From NCBI GenBank assembly GCA_965113315.1, contig OZ220366.1: a DNA stretch of 64,000 nt. One strand, written 5' to 3'. Position 1 is the first letter of the stretch. Each line of letters starts with the position of its first letter. The translations under genes were made by a program, and so were the position numbers. Below the pieces are notes generated by a model. That model was not told the DNA's origin, ran no database searches, and worked only from the letters and a program-made list of their open reading frames with translations. Below, one piece after another: positions 27,402 through 40,046 of the stretch. Source of the DNA: Podarcis vaucheri (Eukaryota).

Positions 27402-28316
27402 CTAAAAAGAAAAAGAAAAAAGGAGATAAGAGACAGAGAAACAGCTAACAATGCCAAGGCAACCTCCATTATTCTCTTCATATTTACCCATTATATTTGC
27501 ACTCTAGTTGTTCCAAAAACATGTATCACTCTAAACAAGATGTCTGCCTGACCTGCTTTATAAAAGGTAAGAATAAAAGAGTGCAACTTTCCCACAGGGA
27601 AAGTGTGTCTGTTGCACACACAGGCATTCATACAGCTGCTGCATTATCTGAAAACATGTCAGCAAGCTAGGTGAGAAGTAGGCAGAAAACAGAAGTTCCA
27701 ACACATGCTAAATTCAGTCTCCTTCCTTAGATCCAGTGTAAGTGGTTTCAAGATGCCTGCCAATGCAAACCTCAATTAAGCCACTTATACAGGTAACAAT
27801 ATACAACTAAATCCTGTTCTGCATAGTGTTGCTGGGCCATTCCTTCCAGCCAACCAAATCACTGCTCCTTTTTGCTTTCTCTTCAAATAAAGTTATTTTT
27901 ATTGAAATGAATCGAGTTGTGCGAGCCAATGTCTGCTTACTCAATGAAGTTTTTCCAACCACAGACATCCCCTGACTCTCCACTCCAGGTAGCTGTCAGG
28001 AAAGGCCTTGGATGTGTGGCATGGAAGACTATAATTTAGTGGGAGCAGGGAATCTGCAAAAATCAAGTAGAAGCAGCTTGCACAAGCTCAGGCACTAGCA
28101 CATTAACTGCAGTGTTTCCTTATAAATCTATTTGTTTTCATTTCAAAAAATAGGCTACTGGGATATGAGTATGTAACATTTGAGTTTATAGAATATTCTC
28201 ATGCACTGTCATAATTCCATAATCCACAAACTGAATTTGAATAGCAAACAAAAAGCAATTGTTTGTACTATATATGTATTTTGTTCCCGCTCATCATATG
28301 TTACACTTCCTCTTTA

Positions 28317-28461
28317 AGGTAAAGGTAAAGGTACCCCTGCCCGTACGGGCCAGTCTTGACAGACTCTAGGGTTGTGCGCCCATCTCACTCAAGAGGCTGG
28401 GGGCCAGCGCTGTCCGGAGACACTTCCGGGTCACGTGGCCAGCGTGACATCGCTGCTCTGG
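28317..28461 (-). mobile_element. 5'-truncated Sauria SINE
   Basis: (AAAGGT)n reverse tail; 11-bp TSD CTTCCTCTTTA at 28306 and 28462; homologous to the 39687 copy. Confidence 0.85.
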
Positions 28462-28669
28462 CTTCCTCTTTACCCAACAGCAATTATTAACATATAATTT
28501 ATGTATCAGATAATCCAATGATGATGATATGAAACCAGTATTTCTAGTGTACAAATGAGAATGGTTCATGATGTCTTTTGAGTTAGCATCCTCAGGGGAA
28601 TCCCTAAGTTTGCTGAAGCAAGAAGAGAGAGAAAATCCCTAGTGGCCTAATAAGCACAGACTAAGGAAG

Positions 28670-28737
28670 GAGTGCCTGGTGTGCTCTGCTCCATGGGGCC
28701 ACGAAGAGTCGGACACGACTAAACAACTAAACAACAA
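28670..28737 (+). mobile_element. Short BovB 3' end
   Basis: gcctggtgtgctctgctccatggggccacgaagagtcggacacgactaaacaactaaacaacaa matches the 3' end at 39580-39648. Confidence 0.75.
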
Positions 28738-29391
28738 TGCTCAGGAGCCACAAAATGCTGGACAGACGTGTGTGTCAGAAAACCTGGGGCAGAGGAGGGG
28801 ACAGAAATGGCAAAGAATGACCTGAAAGAAGACTAAGCCAGTTAGACCACACTGCAACATTTTATTTTATTTTTGGTCCCACCTGTTATACTTTAATCAT
28901 GATTCTGTAAGGGAATTCTCCTGAAAACAATCTGTAGTTTGTACACAAAAGGAATACTAACTTCTAACTGGCATTCACTCACCTCTTCCAAAGGTGACTT
29001 TTTCCTCCCAAAGACTCAGAAGGACATCCTGAATCATTCTTTCTTCTACACTAGAAATACCGGTTTTATATCATCATCGTAGTTCTAAGAGCCCATGTTT
29101 TCTGCAAGACTGGCACTCAGTGGTACCCCCTTTGTGTACAGAAAAATGCATCAAGTAAGTTTAAGCTTAAATTGTATCATTTCCCCAATTTTCTAAAGCG
29201 AATCCAATGTTAAAAGCAAACGTACCAGAGGATGTTTTAGGTAACGGAACTAGCCAAAAGGCAATATATTATGCATTTGCTTGGGAATAGGATGTTTACC
29301 AATTAGGACTGATATACAACAAACAATATAAAAACGGAGTAATTTATGGCTTCTCAGTCAGTTTAGCAGTGTCCCTGGACTCTTCAATCTA

Positions 29392-29991
<600 letters not shown>

Positions 29992-31738
29992 TCACTATTT
30001 TGCAAAAGAAATTCAACTTTAGCTTGCTGCAAATAAAGTGGATTAAGGCACTATGTTACCCTAGCGCAAGGTATCCATTTAAAAACAACAACAAAACAGA
30101 ATTTTTGCAGTTAGGAAAGTGAGAGGAAAATGCACTGAAAAGTGTGGGGTGAATGAATGATTAACAGGAAGTGTAAACACCTTGGAAGTGAATCAGGATG
30201 AATGTGCGTTGTACAACTGTCCCATGAACAAATGCTCAAAAAGACCAGATATAATCTAACCTCCAAGTAAGCTTTGTGCAAGCAAATCAAGATAAATGAT
30301 GAATAAGCAGGAGGAGGAGCCCTATGTCTGAGGTAAGACCAAGTTCAATCACACTCCTATGTGTGCACAGAACTGCAGCCTGGGTAAACCAGCTGAGGAT
30401 TGGACCATCAAAAGGGGTGGCCAGGTTTGCACCTATTAAATTGCTCAAGGTCTTTAAAACAAAAAGATTTTGAAGAATGCCAAAAGGACCTTTTCACACT
30501 GAGAGTGGTAAAATGGCAAATACAATTCAATTCAAACAATGTACAGTGATACATGTAAGACAACCCCCCCCCTTAACTTCACATATATATTCATTAGGTC
30601 TGAACTGATGATGATAGCTCAATGAATCTGACACCAAATATGTAAATTTAAGGGCAAGTCAGTATCACCTTATTAAAATATGTCAAAATTATCTCATACT
30701 ACATATATGAAAGTCAGCTAACTGGAAACTCTGTTCTTTTCCAGAGGCAAATACAGATTGAGAAGACACTGGGTGATGTACATGTATGCATAGATTAGTC
30801 TTAACTGGTTTGCTTCTGCATGAAATATTCCCTTTAGCATTTTTTTCCTAATACAGCTCACAGCTCCTCTTCTAGGTTTTCAAAACACAGGCTTTTTGGA
30901 AAAACTTAATCACATCTCAGCAGGGTCACCTCACCTCATCAAGCCTCCATTATCAGATTGCATGCATGCTAGTTTTAAGATAAAGCTTTTAAAATTCTGC
31001 TCTGTTTTGAGTCCCAGAGATCCCATGACATTTTCTGTGACAATGGCAATTGCCTGATGTCCTCAATCCACCCTCCCATTCTCTCTGCTGGGAGAACACT
31101 GCCTGCTTGTTAGCAGCTGGTTTCAGCTAGGGAGTAGCGTTAACAATGCCACAGAAACACTTCATGGAAAGCATGTTGAGATTTTGGAACTCAAAGATAT
31201 TACGCACACATCACCATTGCACCATTTAGCAACCTATGCGGTCCCCTGGGCAGGCAAGGTAATTCATTAAACATTAGTTCATTTTCCGTTCCACTACATC
31301 TTAAACTAAATATTTTAATGGGTACCACTTTATGTCCCCCTGCGTTTAAACCTACTTAAAAGCTGCAGGAAAATGGGGTTAACAGGAACAGACAGATGCA
31401 AATGTAAAATAGGGAGGGAGAAAGGAGACAGCAATAATGCTTCCTTGCAAATCTTTGAAGAGGCCCAATCAAAACATTAACAAGCTAAGGATGTGCATCA
31501 CTGCTGTGCAGTATTTGGAAACAAGCTATTTCAGAATAAGCAACACTCTAGCGTTTTGAAACAGCCCTTTCTAAAAACAGCAGCATGTAATTCTTACCAA
31601 TTTATACAGCACTTTTCATGTTCAAAGAACTTTATTAGTATATTTATTTGCCACCCTTATTCCATCCCAGAATTCAGTCTGTTTAGTCCTGTCCAAGCAC
31701 TGATCAAGTCCAGGTCTACTTAGCTCCAACGAAGAGTA

Positions 31739-32505
31739 CCGTATTTTTCGCCCTATAGGACGCACCGGCCCATAGGACGCACCTAGTTTTCAGGGGGGGA
31801 AATCAAGGAAAAAAATATGATCCCCCCCCCCCGCAGCTCTGGGAGCAGCGGACAGGCTGCACGCAGCCTGTGCGCTACTCCAAGACCTTCTCCCTGCTTT
31901 TGCGGGAGGTGGTGGAATTCCCCCACCTCCCGCAAAAGCCCACAGGAGCCCCACTTGACTCCTGCGGGCTTTTCGACCAGGAGGGAGAAGGGACTGATGC
32001 GGCCAGTAGTCAGTCCCTTCTCCCTCCTTGGGGAAAAGCCCCCAAGAGCGGCGCGCTCTTTAAAGGGTGCGCGGCTCCTGCAGGCTTTTCTAGGAGGCGG
32101 GGGAATTCCCCCCCTCCTAGAAAAGCCAGCAGAAGCCGCGGAGCCCCTTTAAAGAGCATGCGGCTTTTGCCTGCTTTTGCGGGAGGTGGCGGAATTCCCC
32201 CATCTCCCGCAAAAGCCCAAAGGAGGGTTGGAGAGTAGCGGGAAGGCGTCGCGCACCTTCCCGCTGCCCCCCATCCTCTGGGGCTGGCGATGGGGGAAGC
32301 GCTGCTTTCCCCCACCACCAGCCTCAAACAACAGACTCTCCTGGTTTCAGCGGAAGCAACGCGAAGCCTCCGGAGCGCAGGCTTCGGAGGCTTCGTGTTG
32401 CTATCGCTGAAGCCAAGGAGTCTGCATTCGCCCCATAAGACGCACCCACATTTCCCCTTCATTTTTGGAGGGGAAAAAGTGCGTTTTATAGGGCGAAAAA
32501 TACGG
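31739..32505. mobile_element. Tc2/pogo-like non-autonomous DNA transposon with a palindrome-array interior
   Basis: TIRs CCGTATTTTTCGCCCTATA / TATAGGGCGAAAAATACGG, TA on both sides; subterminal sequence equals that of the 23052 element in reverse orientation. Confidence 0.88.
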
Positions 32506-32942
32506 TATGTATTTTGTGTACATCATTTCAGTAAACCTTGCAATTAAGATGCATTGTTGCACCATATTGCAAATGGGTGAATGTACTTGCAGAATGTACA
32601 GTGAGAATGTACAGCAGTCTCACTGCTGAGCTGACATTTGAACAGTGAAACGGGACAGGTAACACACGTACCCATATTTTCCACAGGATAGTCATAAATA
32701 TCCAAGCAATGGTAGCTATCTCCACAGCGATTCAAATCAATTTGTTCATAACCAAGTAAGCAGAATACAGTTGTTTATTTAAGAGGAGTTGGGGAACTTA
32801 CAGCACGTGCCCCACGATTTTGTTGGGTGTGCATTTTCCATAATTCTTGACTACTGAGGCTGGCTGGGGCTGATGGGCATGAAGAAGGTAGGAACCTAGA
32901 GCATGCTGGTTCCGGCCAAAGGGCATGTACAGTAATCCACTA

Positions 32943-33140
32943 CAGTGGTACCTTGGGTTACAGACGATTCAGGTTACAGACTCCGCTAACCCAGAAATAT
33001 TACCTTCAGGATGAGAACAGAAATCGTGCAGTGGTGGCGCAGCGGCAGCAGGAGGCCCCATTAGCTAATGTGGTGCTAACAGTTTCAGGTTAAGAACAGA
33101 CCTCCAGAACAAATTAAGTTCTTAACCCAAGGTACCACTG
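32943..33140. mobile_element. Tigger-like MITE
   Basis: TA-CAGTGGTACCTTGGGTTA ... TAACCCAAGGTACCACTG-TA. Confidence 0.87.
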
Positions 33141-33142
33141 TA

Positions 33143-33394
33143 CAGTCATACTTCATGTTACATTTACTTCAGATTGCGCATTTTCAAGTTGCGTCCCACG
33201 GTGACCCGGAAGTACCGGAAAGGGTTATTTCCGGGTTTCACCGCTTGCGCGTGTGCAGACACACAAAATGACGTCATGCACATGTGCAGACGCGGCGAAT
33301 CGTGACCTGTGCATGCGCAGACGCAAGTTGCGTTCTTTTCAGGTTGTGAACGGGCCTCCGGAATGGCTCCCGTTGGCAACCAGAGGTAGCACTG
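33143..33394. mobile_element. Second Tigger-like MITE abutting the first
   Basis: Starts CAGTCATAC immediately after the shared TA; ends GAGGTAGCACTG; internal tgcgcatgtgca-type palindromes. Confidence 0.65.
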
Positions 33395-33679
33395 TGTTCT
33401 GTTCTCTCAGTGGCCAACCAGATGCAGAGTCCGAGGGCAAGAGTGCTCTCCTTGTGTTAACTCCAGCAATATCTGGAGGGCCTCAGGTTCCCCATCCCCA
33501 AGTAAGGAGGGAAAGCGACTGTTGTGTGGAGGAGGCCCACCTCCTTCCACACAGCAGACCCTCTTGTTCTCATGCCCCGCAGAAAACCTCCTCCCCTCGC
33601 CTTAAAAAACAAACCCAAAGGTTTTCCCAACTGCATCCTTTTCTCTTAGAGGCACAAGGGAACTTGCCCACAAGAGCAG

Positions 33680-34700
33680 CTGCAAATTGGCAGCGTATTC
33701 GAGCCCCTCGCGCCAATATCCACGTGCACCGGCACGTTCCTAGCTGGATCCCAGCAGAAAGTCCCGCCGGGCCCTCGCCCTCCAACGAAGGGACGTGCAT
33801 TTCAATCACCCTCCTTGGAATTCATGCAGAAGCTTAGGCTAGGCTTCCAAAACGGGAATTTTCAAAGAAATGAAGCGGCGGCGGCTACCAAAGATAAGCA
33901 AAGAGCCGGCCGAGAATCACGCGGCTGCTCTTCTTAATGGTGGTGGTGGTGGGGGGTTGTTCTAGATTTGCAGCACGTCGGGATACGGCCATACCCAGTG
34001 CTGACGGTGCATTAGCAGCGGCGACTAGGTGCAAGTTACCACGTTGCTGTGGGGTTAGGCTGCTGGAATGGGCGTCCTGCCCAGGAAGAGCATGGCCGGC
34101 CTCGCCTCACACGGCAATAGAAGACGGAGAAGAAGGGAGCGGAGCCATTTCTGCGGCGGAGGGTGGGGAGACCCGCAGGTGCTCGTCGGGCAGCCGCCCC
34201 TCGCTTTATACCGACCTGCTTGGGCGCGCGGAGAGTGACACGTGCGTTGCAGCGTGAGCAGAAGCTGCCCCTCCACGCGTTTCCTGTGCGGGAGGAGGGA
34301 GAGTCGCCTTCCTTCCCTTCTCCTCCCTCCCACCCGCCTGCCTCTCTCCTATCGCGGGAGACTTGTTGCTATTTGCCCGCCTCCCAGACAGAGCAAGGCG
34401 GGGCGGTCGCGGAAATAAGCGCTTTCTTGTGGCGGCGGCGGCGTTAGGACTTGTTCCCTTGTGCCGGTTTAGCCGCCGTGTGGACGCGCAGGGAAAGCGC
34501 AGCCTTCTCACTGCACCGCCTTCAGGCTCAGGGGTGTGAGCGCGCGCTCTCTCTGCACCGGTTGTATTTCTGCCACAAAGGAACGAGCTATACGAAGGGA
34601 AGACGCTCCTAATGAGATTTTTTAAAGGCTGAGGGCGGGGTAGGAGAGAAGAGCACCTTAGCTCCCTTTTTTTTCGGCCCTCACGCACGCCTACGCCTGT
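33680..34700 (-). promoter_or_regulatory. RIOX2: CpG island: probable RIOX2 promoter and non-coding exon 1
   Basis: Abrupt GC/CpG-rich non-repeat stretch about 4 kb upstream of the ATG exon, which starts with a splice acceptor. CACGTG at 33721 and 34239, GC boxes near 34400 and 34631, GCCATTT near 34144. Exact TSS and donor not determined. Confidence 0.75.
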
Positions 34701-34954
34701 TGTATGCACCTGGGATAATACACTCTTATCAGTGCGAAAAGGGCGTTGCAGGAGCATCAGGCAAAGGCTAAAACTGCACAGAAAGAAGCCACAGCAATTA
34801 AGTTGTGTAATGCGATGATAACTCTGTGCTGTTATTAAAAGTGTCCCTTTCGGCATAACAAGGAGACAGTTTCGCAAAAGAAAAACGGGGGCGTAGCCAG
34901 GATTTTTGTGGGGGGGCAGTGATTGGTCAGTTTAGTATTTCAATTGTTTTACTT

Positions 34955-36296
34955 GGCGCTGTGGGTTAAACCTCAGAGCCTAGGACTTGCCGATCAGAAG
35001 GTCAGCAGTTCGAATCCCGCAACGGGGTGAGCTCCTGTTGCTCGGTCCCTGCTCCTAGCAGTTCAAAAGCATGTCAGTGTGCAAGTAGATAAATAGGTAC
35101 CACTCCAGCGGGAAGTTAAACGGCGTTTCTGTGCGCTGCTCTGATTTGCCAGAAGCGGCTTAGTCATGCTGGCCACATGGTTCCTCTTCATCCTGGAGAA
35201 GAGTGACTAGTGGGGTGCCACAGGGTTCTGTCTTGGGCCCGGTCTTATTCAACATCTTATCAACGACTTGGATGATGGACTCAAGGGCATCCTGATCAAA
35301 TTTGCAGATGACACCAAACTGGGAGGGGTGGCTAACACCCCAGAGGACAGGATCACACTTCAAAACAACCTTGACAGATTAGAGAACTGGGCCAAAACAA
35401 ACAAGATGAACTTTAACAGGGAGAAATGTAAAGTATTGCACTTGGGCAAAAAAAATGAGAGGCACAAATACAAGATGGGTGACACCTGGCTTGAGAGCAG
35501 TACATGTGAAAAGGATCTAGGAGTCTTGGTTGACCACAAACTTGACATGAGCCAACAGTGTGACGCGGCAGCTAAAAAAGCCAATGCAATTCTGGGCTGC
35601 ATCAATAGGAGTATAGCATCTAGATCAAGGGAAGTAATAGTGCCACTGTATTCTGCTCTGGTCAGACCTCACCTGGAGTACTGTGTCCAGTTCTGGGCAC
35701 CACAATTCAAGAAGGACACTGACAAACTGGAACGTGTCCAGAGGAGGGCAACCAAAATGGTCAAAGGCCTGGAAACGATGCCTTATGAGGAACGGCTAAG
35801 GGAGCTGGGCATGTTTAGCCTGGAGAAGAGGAGGTTAAGGGGTGATATGATAGCCATGTTCAAATATATAAAAAGATGTCATATAGAGGAGGGAGAAAGG
35901 TTGTTTTCTGCTGCTCCAGAGAAGCGGACACGGAGCAATGGATCCAAACTACAAGAAAGAAGATTCCACCTAAACATTAGGAAGAACTTCCTGACAGTAA
36001 GAGCTGTTCGACAGTGGAATTTGCTGCCAAGGAGTGTGGTGGAGTCTCCTACTTTGGAGGTCTTTAAGCAGAGGCTTGACAACCATATGTCAGGAGTGCT
36101 CTGATGGTGTTTCCTGCTTGGCAGGGGGTTGGACTCGATGGCCCTTGTGGTCTATTCCAACTTTATGATTCTATGATTCTATTCTATGACCCGTAAGCTG
36201 TACACCGGCTCCCTCGGCCAATAAAGCGAGATGAGCGCCGCAGTCCCAGAGCCGGTCATGACTGGACCTAATGGTCAGGGGTCCCTTTACCTTTAC
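34955..36296 (+). mobile_element. Sauria SINE split by a CR1 insertion (halves 34955..35179 and 36189..36296)
   Basis: The halves rejoin as ...ggccacatg|accc...agctgtac, collinear with the intact copy at 2524; CCTTTACCTTTACC tail. Confidence 0.88.
35180..36188 (+). mobile_element. 5'-truncated CR1 LINE (RT C-terminal part, 3' UTR, (ATTCTATG)n tail)
   Basis: [24 protein letters not shown] and LVRPHLEYCVQFW motifs; open 278-aa ORF; octamer tail. Confidence 0.94.
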
Positions 36297-36569
36297 CGTA
36301 CTTGATCTAGGGGAGCAGCTGCCCCCCCACCTACGCCCATGGAAAGTAATCCTGCACGCCACCCCAGTTTCTGGGAATGGGGCACAGCTGAGACTGGTGT
36401 CTGATAAATGGTTAATCTTCTCACTATAAGGGTAGTTGCTGGAAGTGTAAAAAATAAATACACAACTAGTGAGATTCTAGGCAGCACCCTTTTCTAAACA
36501 GGGAGATCAGTTCCTCCTACCATCAGAAAAAATGCACACTCCATAGAATGCCTTTTTTAAAACAAAATC

Positions 36570-36575
36570 TTTATT
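36570..36575 (-). terminator. Candidate GABRR3 polyadenylation signal (AATAAA on -)
   Basis: TTTATT on +, about 1.9 kb past the stop, followed on - by T/GT-rich sequence; alternatives exist near 37272 and 37972. Confidence 0.35.
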
Positions 36576-38494
36576 TTAACCCACTACTTGTATATATTTT
36601 TATCAACAGATATTTCCATACTGCACATTGAATTGCAAAATTATAAAACATTAATCAGAAGTGCAAAACTACAAACCATTTTCCCTAGAGTAGTTCCATT
36701 ACAATGAATGGGAGTGCTCAGGTGGGTGTGATACAGTGATTGCAAAAAAGCGTTCATCCACACTTCTACAACATGATGCCATGTTTCTAGGCACAGCTCT
36801 CAACTTTCCAGGTCTGTGTTTGTGTGTGTATGGTGTGTTTCTTTTGTCCCAGTGCTTTACCCAGCAAGGTCCGCGTTTTACTGCTGAATTGGAGCAAATG
36901 TCAATTGGGTTTTCCACGAAAAGCCTGGACCTGGACCTAGAAAGCACGGAGCAAAGGTGTGGATGGATGAGCCCAAAGAATAGGAAAGTTGCAATTAATT
37001 TGGTTAAACTTAATAGCAGTTCTATTCTGATATATATTATATGATTAATACTTTATATGGGATCTTTGACTTGGCTCAGAAGCAAGAAAGAGAAAAATTT
37101 CCAGCATGGTCTTCAAAGAGATGTCAAGGAAATAAGAGGTTCACAAGAACTTAAATGTAAAAAACCATAGAATCTTCCACGTTACATCTGGGGTTCACAT
37201 GTTTTGTAAGATTTCTCCCTACTTAGTGACAGGTGCTTGCAGCCTCCTTATGACCTTTTTAAGGGCCAGTATTTATTCTTTGAGGAAACTGACCCAGTTT
37301 GTAGCATAATGGGAGAGTTCCTCAGTTAACTAATCAAACACGACAGGACACATATTAATGTATAATTTCCTGGATGTGCCCCCACCCTTTGAAAAAAACA
37401 CTTGAGATAATTGGAATGGAAAAATAATCAGAGGAAGAAGGGTTAAATAGCCCCTATATAACTATGCCTGCCATTTTTCACTTAAACTTGCAGTCTCCCT
37501 AGACTGCTTTGGTCCAGAAGACAATACATGCAATGTGTAGTTTTGAGTGCAGTCCTATGTATACCTATATGGAATAATGTCCCAATGAAACAACTGGAGC
37601 TAATATTTGAGTAAACATGCACTGGATTGGACTGTAAAGCTACTACTGGCTGCCACCATATTTTTTACAGATATGGCAGTGACTGAAATCACTTGGCCTT
37701 AATTAAATTGAGCAGAATAGCATTTATACTAGTTACTATTTCAGAGATTTCTACCATAGTTTCCTGTTTTGAGCCTTCAATTAAAACTGATTATCTGTGG
37801 TTATTCCACAATGTGCACCTTCCAATGGCTGGATAGAATACCAGCTGCTATTACAACTCAAGCAGTCTATGGTTAGGTTCTCCAGCACCAGGTCTAATTT
37901 TGCTCCTAGTCAACTTCCTAAGTCAGCTCCTAGTCAGCTTCAGTCATCCAAGAATGAAGGCTACTGAGCTTTTTATTTTTCTTAAGTAAACAAGAATCAA
38001 TGTGAAGAGTGAAATCATTCGGAGAAAGATCCTAGTGCTGAGTGTATAACACTAGTCTGGATCGTAGGTGGGAATGGTGGGCAACGTTGGCAGAGGAGGG
38101 AAGATTTAGGTGTTGTATGGTGTAGGTCTAGCCACTCTTGGCAGCTTTAAAATAGTTCTGTAAGCTACATGGCTGCATTGTGGGAAGCTGCATAACTACC
38201 AATCCTGTGCATCACACAGCAGAAATAGGTATTTTACACTGCTGTCATACAAACTAGCTTAAAACCACCTATCATCATTTAGGAATAATAGACCAGAGTG
38301 CATAACAAACTCAGAGCCATTGAGACTTCCATTTTAGATAATAGATTTTGCAAGCAGGGAGAAAAACCTGTTATTTGGGTACCAGAATCTCTTGTTCAGA
38401 CTCTAAAGCATCTCTGCTTACACAGATCATGGCATGTGTATTTTACTATGCATTTCTGGTGTGCTCATATGAAAAATATATCAGTAATCATCAT

Positions 38495-38800
38495 TCATAT
38501 ATACAAACCCCAGTAAAAAAAGTTGAATACAATATATACAGTAGGAAATATAACCCTGGAGTATGTGTCAATGGCATGATTGTTCTGCAAAATAATCCTG
38601 CCCACATTCCCTTTCAAGGATCTCTTCCTCTTGATGCGAGCTGCATCTAGAGTGGGGGTGCTGGGTGCTTGCCCTCGTGTTGAACTGTCTTCAGAAGGGA
38701 CTGAAAAGGTGGTCAGGTCAATGTCAGTGGTGTCTGTGTCGTGATAGCAGCCATCAAAGGCCATCGCTTGCACTGCATCAATATTATACAATCCAGCAGC
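38495..38800 (-). CDS. GABRR3: GABRR3 last coding exon (AAGLYNIDAVQAMAFDGCYHD...IDTYSRVIFPTVYIVFNFFYWGLYI*), M3-M4 loop and TM4
   Basis: ctAG acceptor, 306 nt, TGA stop; YNIDAVQAMAFDGCYHD matches recalled rho3. Confidence 0.95.
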   Translation of the reverse strand, partial: AAGLYNIDAVQAMAFDGCYHDTDTTDIDLTTFSVPSEDSSTRGQAPSTPTLDAARIKRKRSLKGNVGRIILQNNHAIDTYSRVIFPTVYIVFNFFYWGLYI

Positions 38801-39384
38801 CTAGGAAAAAAGGGACAATTACTGGTTAAATAAAATGACTGAAGAACAAGTGCTGCTTCTTTTTAATCCAGCATACAGGAAACAGTTTTAACAAGACTAT
38901 CAGCAACAAGGATGTTTCCACAAGTGACACCAATGAGTGCTTTGTTGTCTAACAATATGAATGTTGTTCATGTAGGACAGAAAAGTGGAAGAGTCTTTTT
39001 TAAAAAATCAATTGACATTCTAACATTACGTTTTGTATTAAAATTAGAGATACAGGAACTATATGTCTCTTATGACAACAACCTAGGATCCATAGTTACC
39101 TTTTTAAATAAACACTACAGAAGATTTGTGAAAACAAAAGTTATTTACCAATGGTATATATCACATTCATATTCGCTGTGAGGCTTGAAGGCCACTCCCT
39201 GCAAGGCCCTTTCCACCTGGCCTAGAGGGCGAGGCCCACACTCACCAGCCCTACTGAAGAGGCTCCTCATGAGGCCGGAGGAACATTGCCCGGCTAATGT
39301 TTTATTGATTTATTGATTTAATATGATGTATTGATTTAATATGCTGTAATTTATTGATTTAATATGCTGTAAACCACGACCGAC

Positions 39385-39648
39385 AGATCATGAAGCTGAG
39401 GCTCCAATACTTTGGCCACCTCATGAGAAGAGAAGACTCCCTGGAAAAGACCCTGATGTTGGGAAAGATGGAGGGCACAAGGAGAAGGGGACGACAGAGG
39501 ACGAGATGGTTGGATAGTGTGCTCGAAGCTACCAGCATGAGTTTGATCAAACTGCGGGAGGCAGTGGAAGACAGAAGTGCCTGGCGTGCTCTGGTCCATG
39601 GGGTCACGAAGAGTTGGACACGACTAAACGACTAAACAACAACAACAA
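39385..39648 (+). mobile_element. RTE-BovB LINE 3' fragment with (CAA)n tail
   Basis: ORF 39390..39635 LQYFGHLMRREDSLEKTLMLGKMEG...WRALVHGVTKSWTRLND. Confidence 0.92.
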
Positions 39649-39686
39649 ACCGCTTTGAGATTTTTATTTAAAATATAAGTAATATA

Positions 39687-40046
39687 AAGGTAAAGGTACC
39701 CCTGCCCGAACGGGCCAGTCTTGACAGACTCTGGGGTTTGTGCGCCCATCTCACATCTATAGGCCGGGGGCCAGCGCTGTCCGGAGACACTTCCGGGTCA
39801 CGTGGCCAGCGTGACAAAGCTGCATCTGGCGAGCCAGCGCAGCACACGGAACGCCGTTTACCTTCCCGCTGGTAAGCGGTACCTATTTATCTACTTGCAC
39901 CCGGAGGTGCTTTCGAACTGCTAGGTTGGCAGGCGCTGGGACCGAGCAGCGGGAGCACACCCCGCCGCGGGGATACGAAACCGCTGACCTTACGATCGGC
40001 AAGCCCTAGGCGCTGAGGCTTTTACCCACAGCGCCACCCGCGTCCC
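39687..40046 (-). mobile_element. Full-length Sauria SINE
   Basis: 5' GGGACGCGGGTGGCGCTGTGGGT on -, ACCTTT tail, perfect 13-bp TSD TATAAGTAATATA at 39674 and 40047. Confidence 0.92.

Noticed and set aside
33253-34877. Long ORFs (194 aa and 223 aa) over the CpG island
   Set aside because: No recognisable domain, non-ATG starts, expected in GC-rich DNA; partly MITE-derived.
35268-36104. 278-aa ORF as a gene
   Set aside because: 5'-truncated CR1 reverse transcriptase with the octamer tail, inserted into a SINE.
39940-40046. tRNA gene
   Set aside because: It is the tRNA-derived head of a Sauria SINE, continuous with the SINE body and bounded by TSDs.
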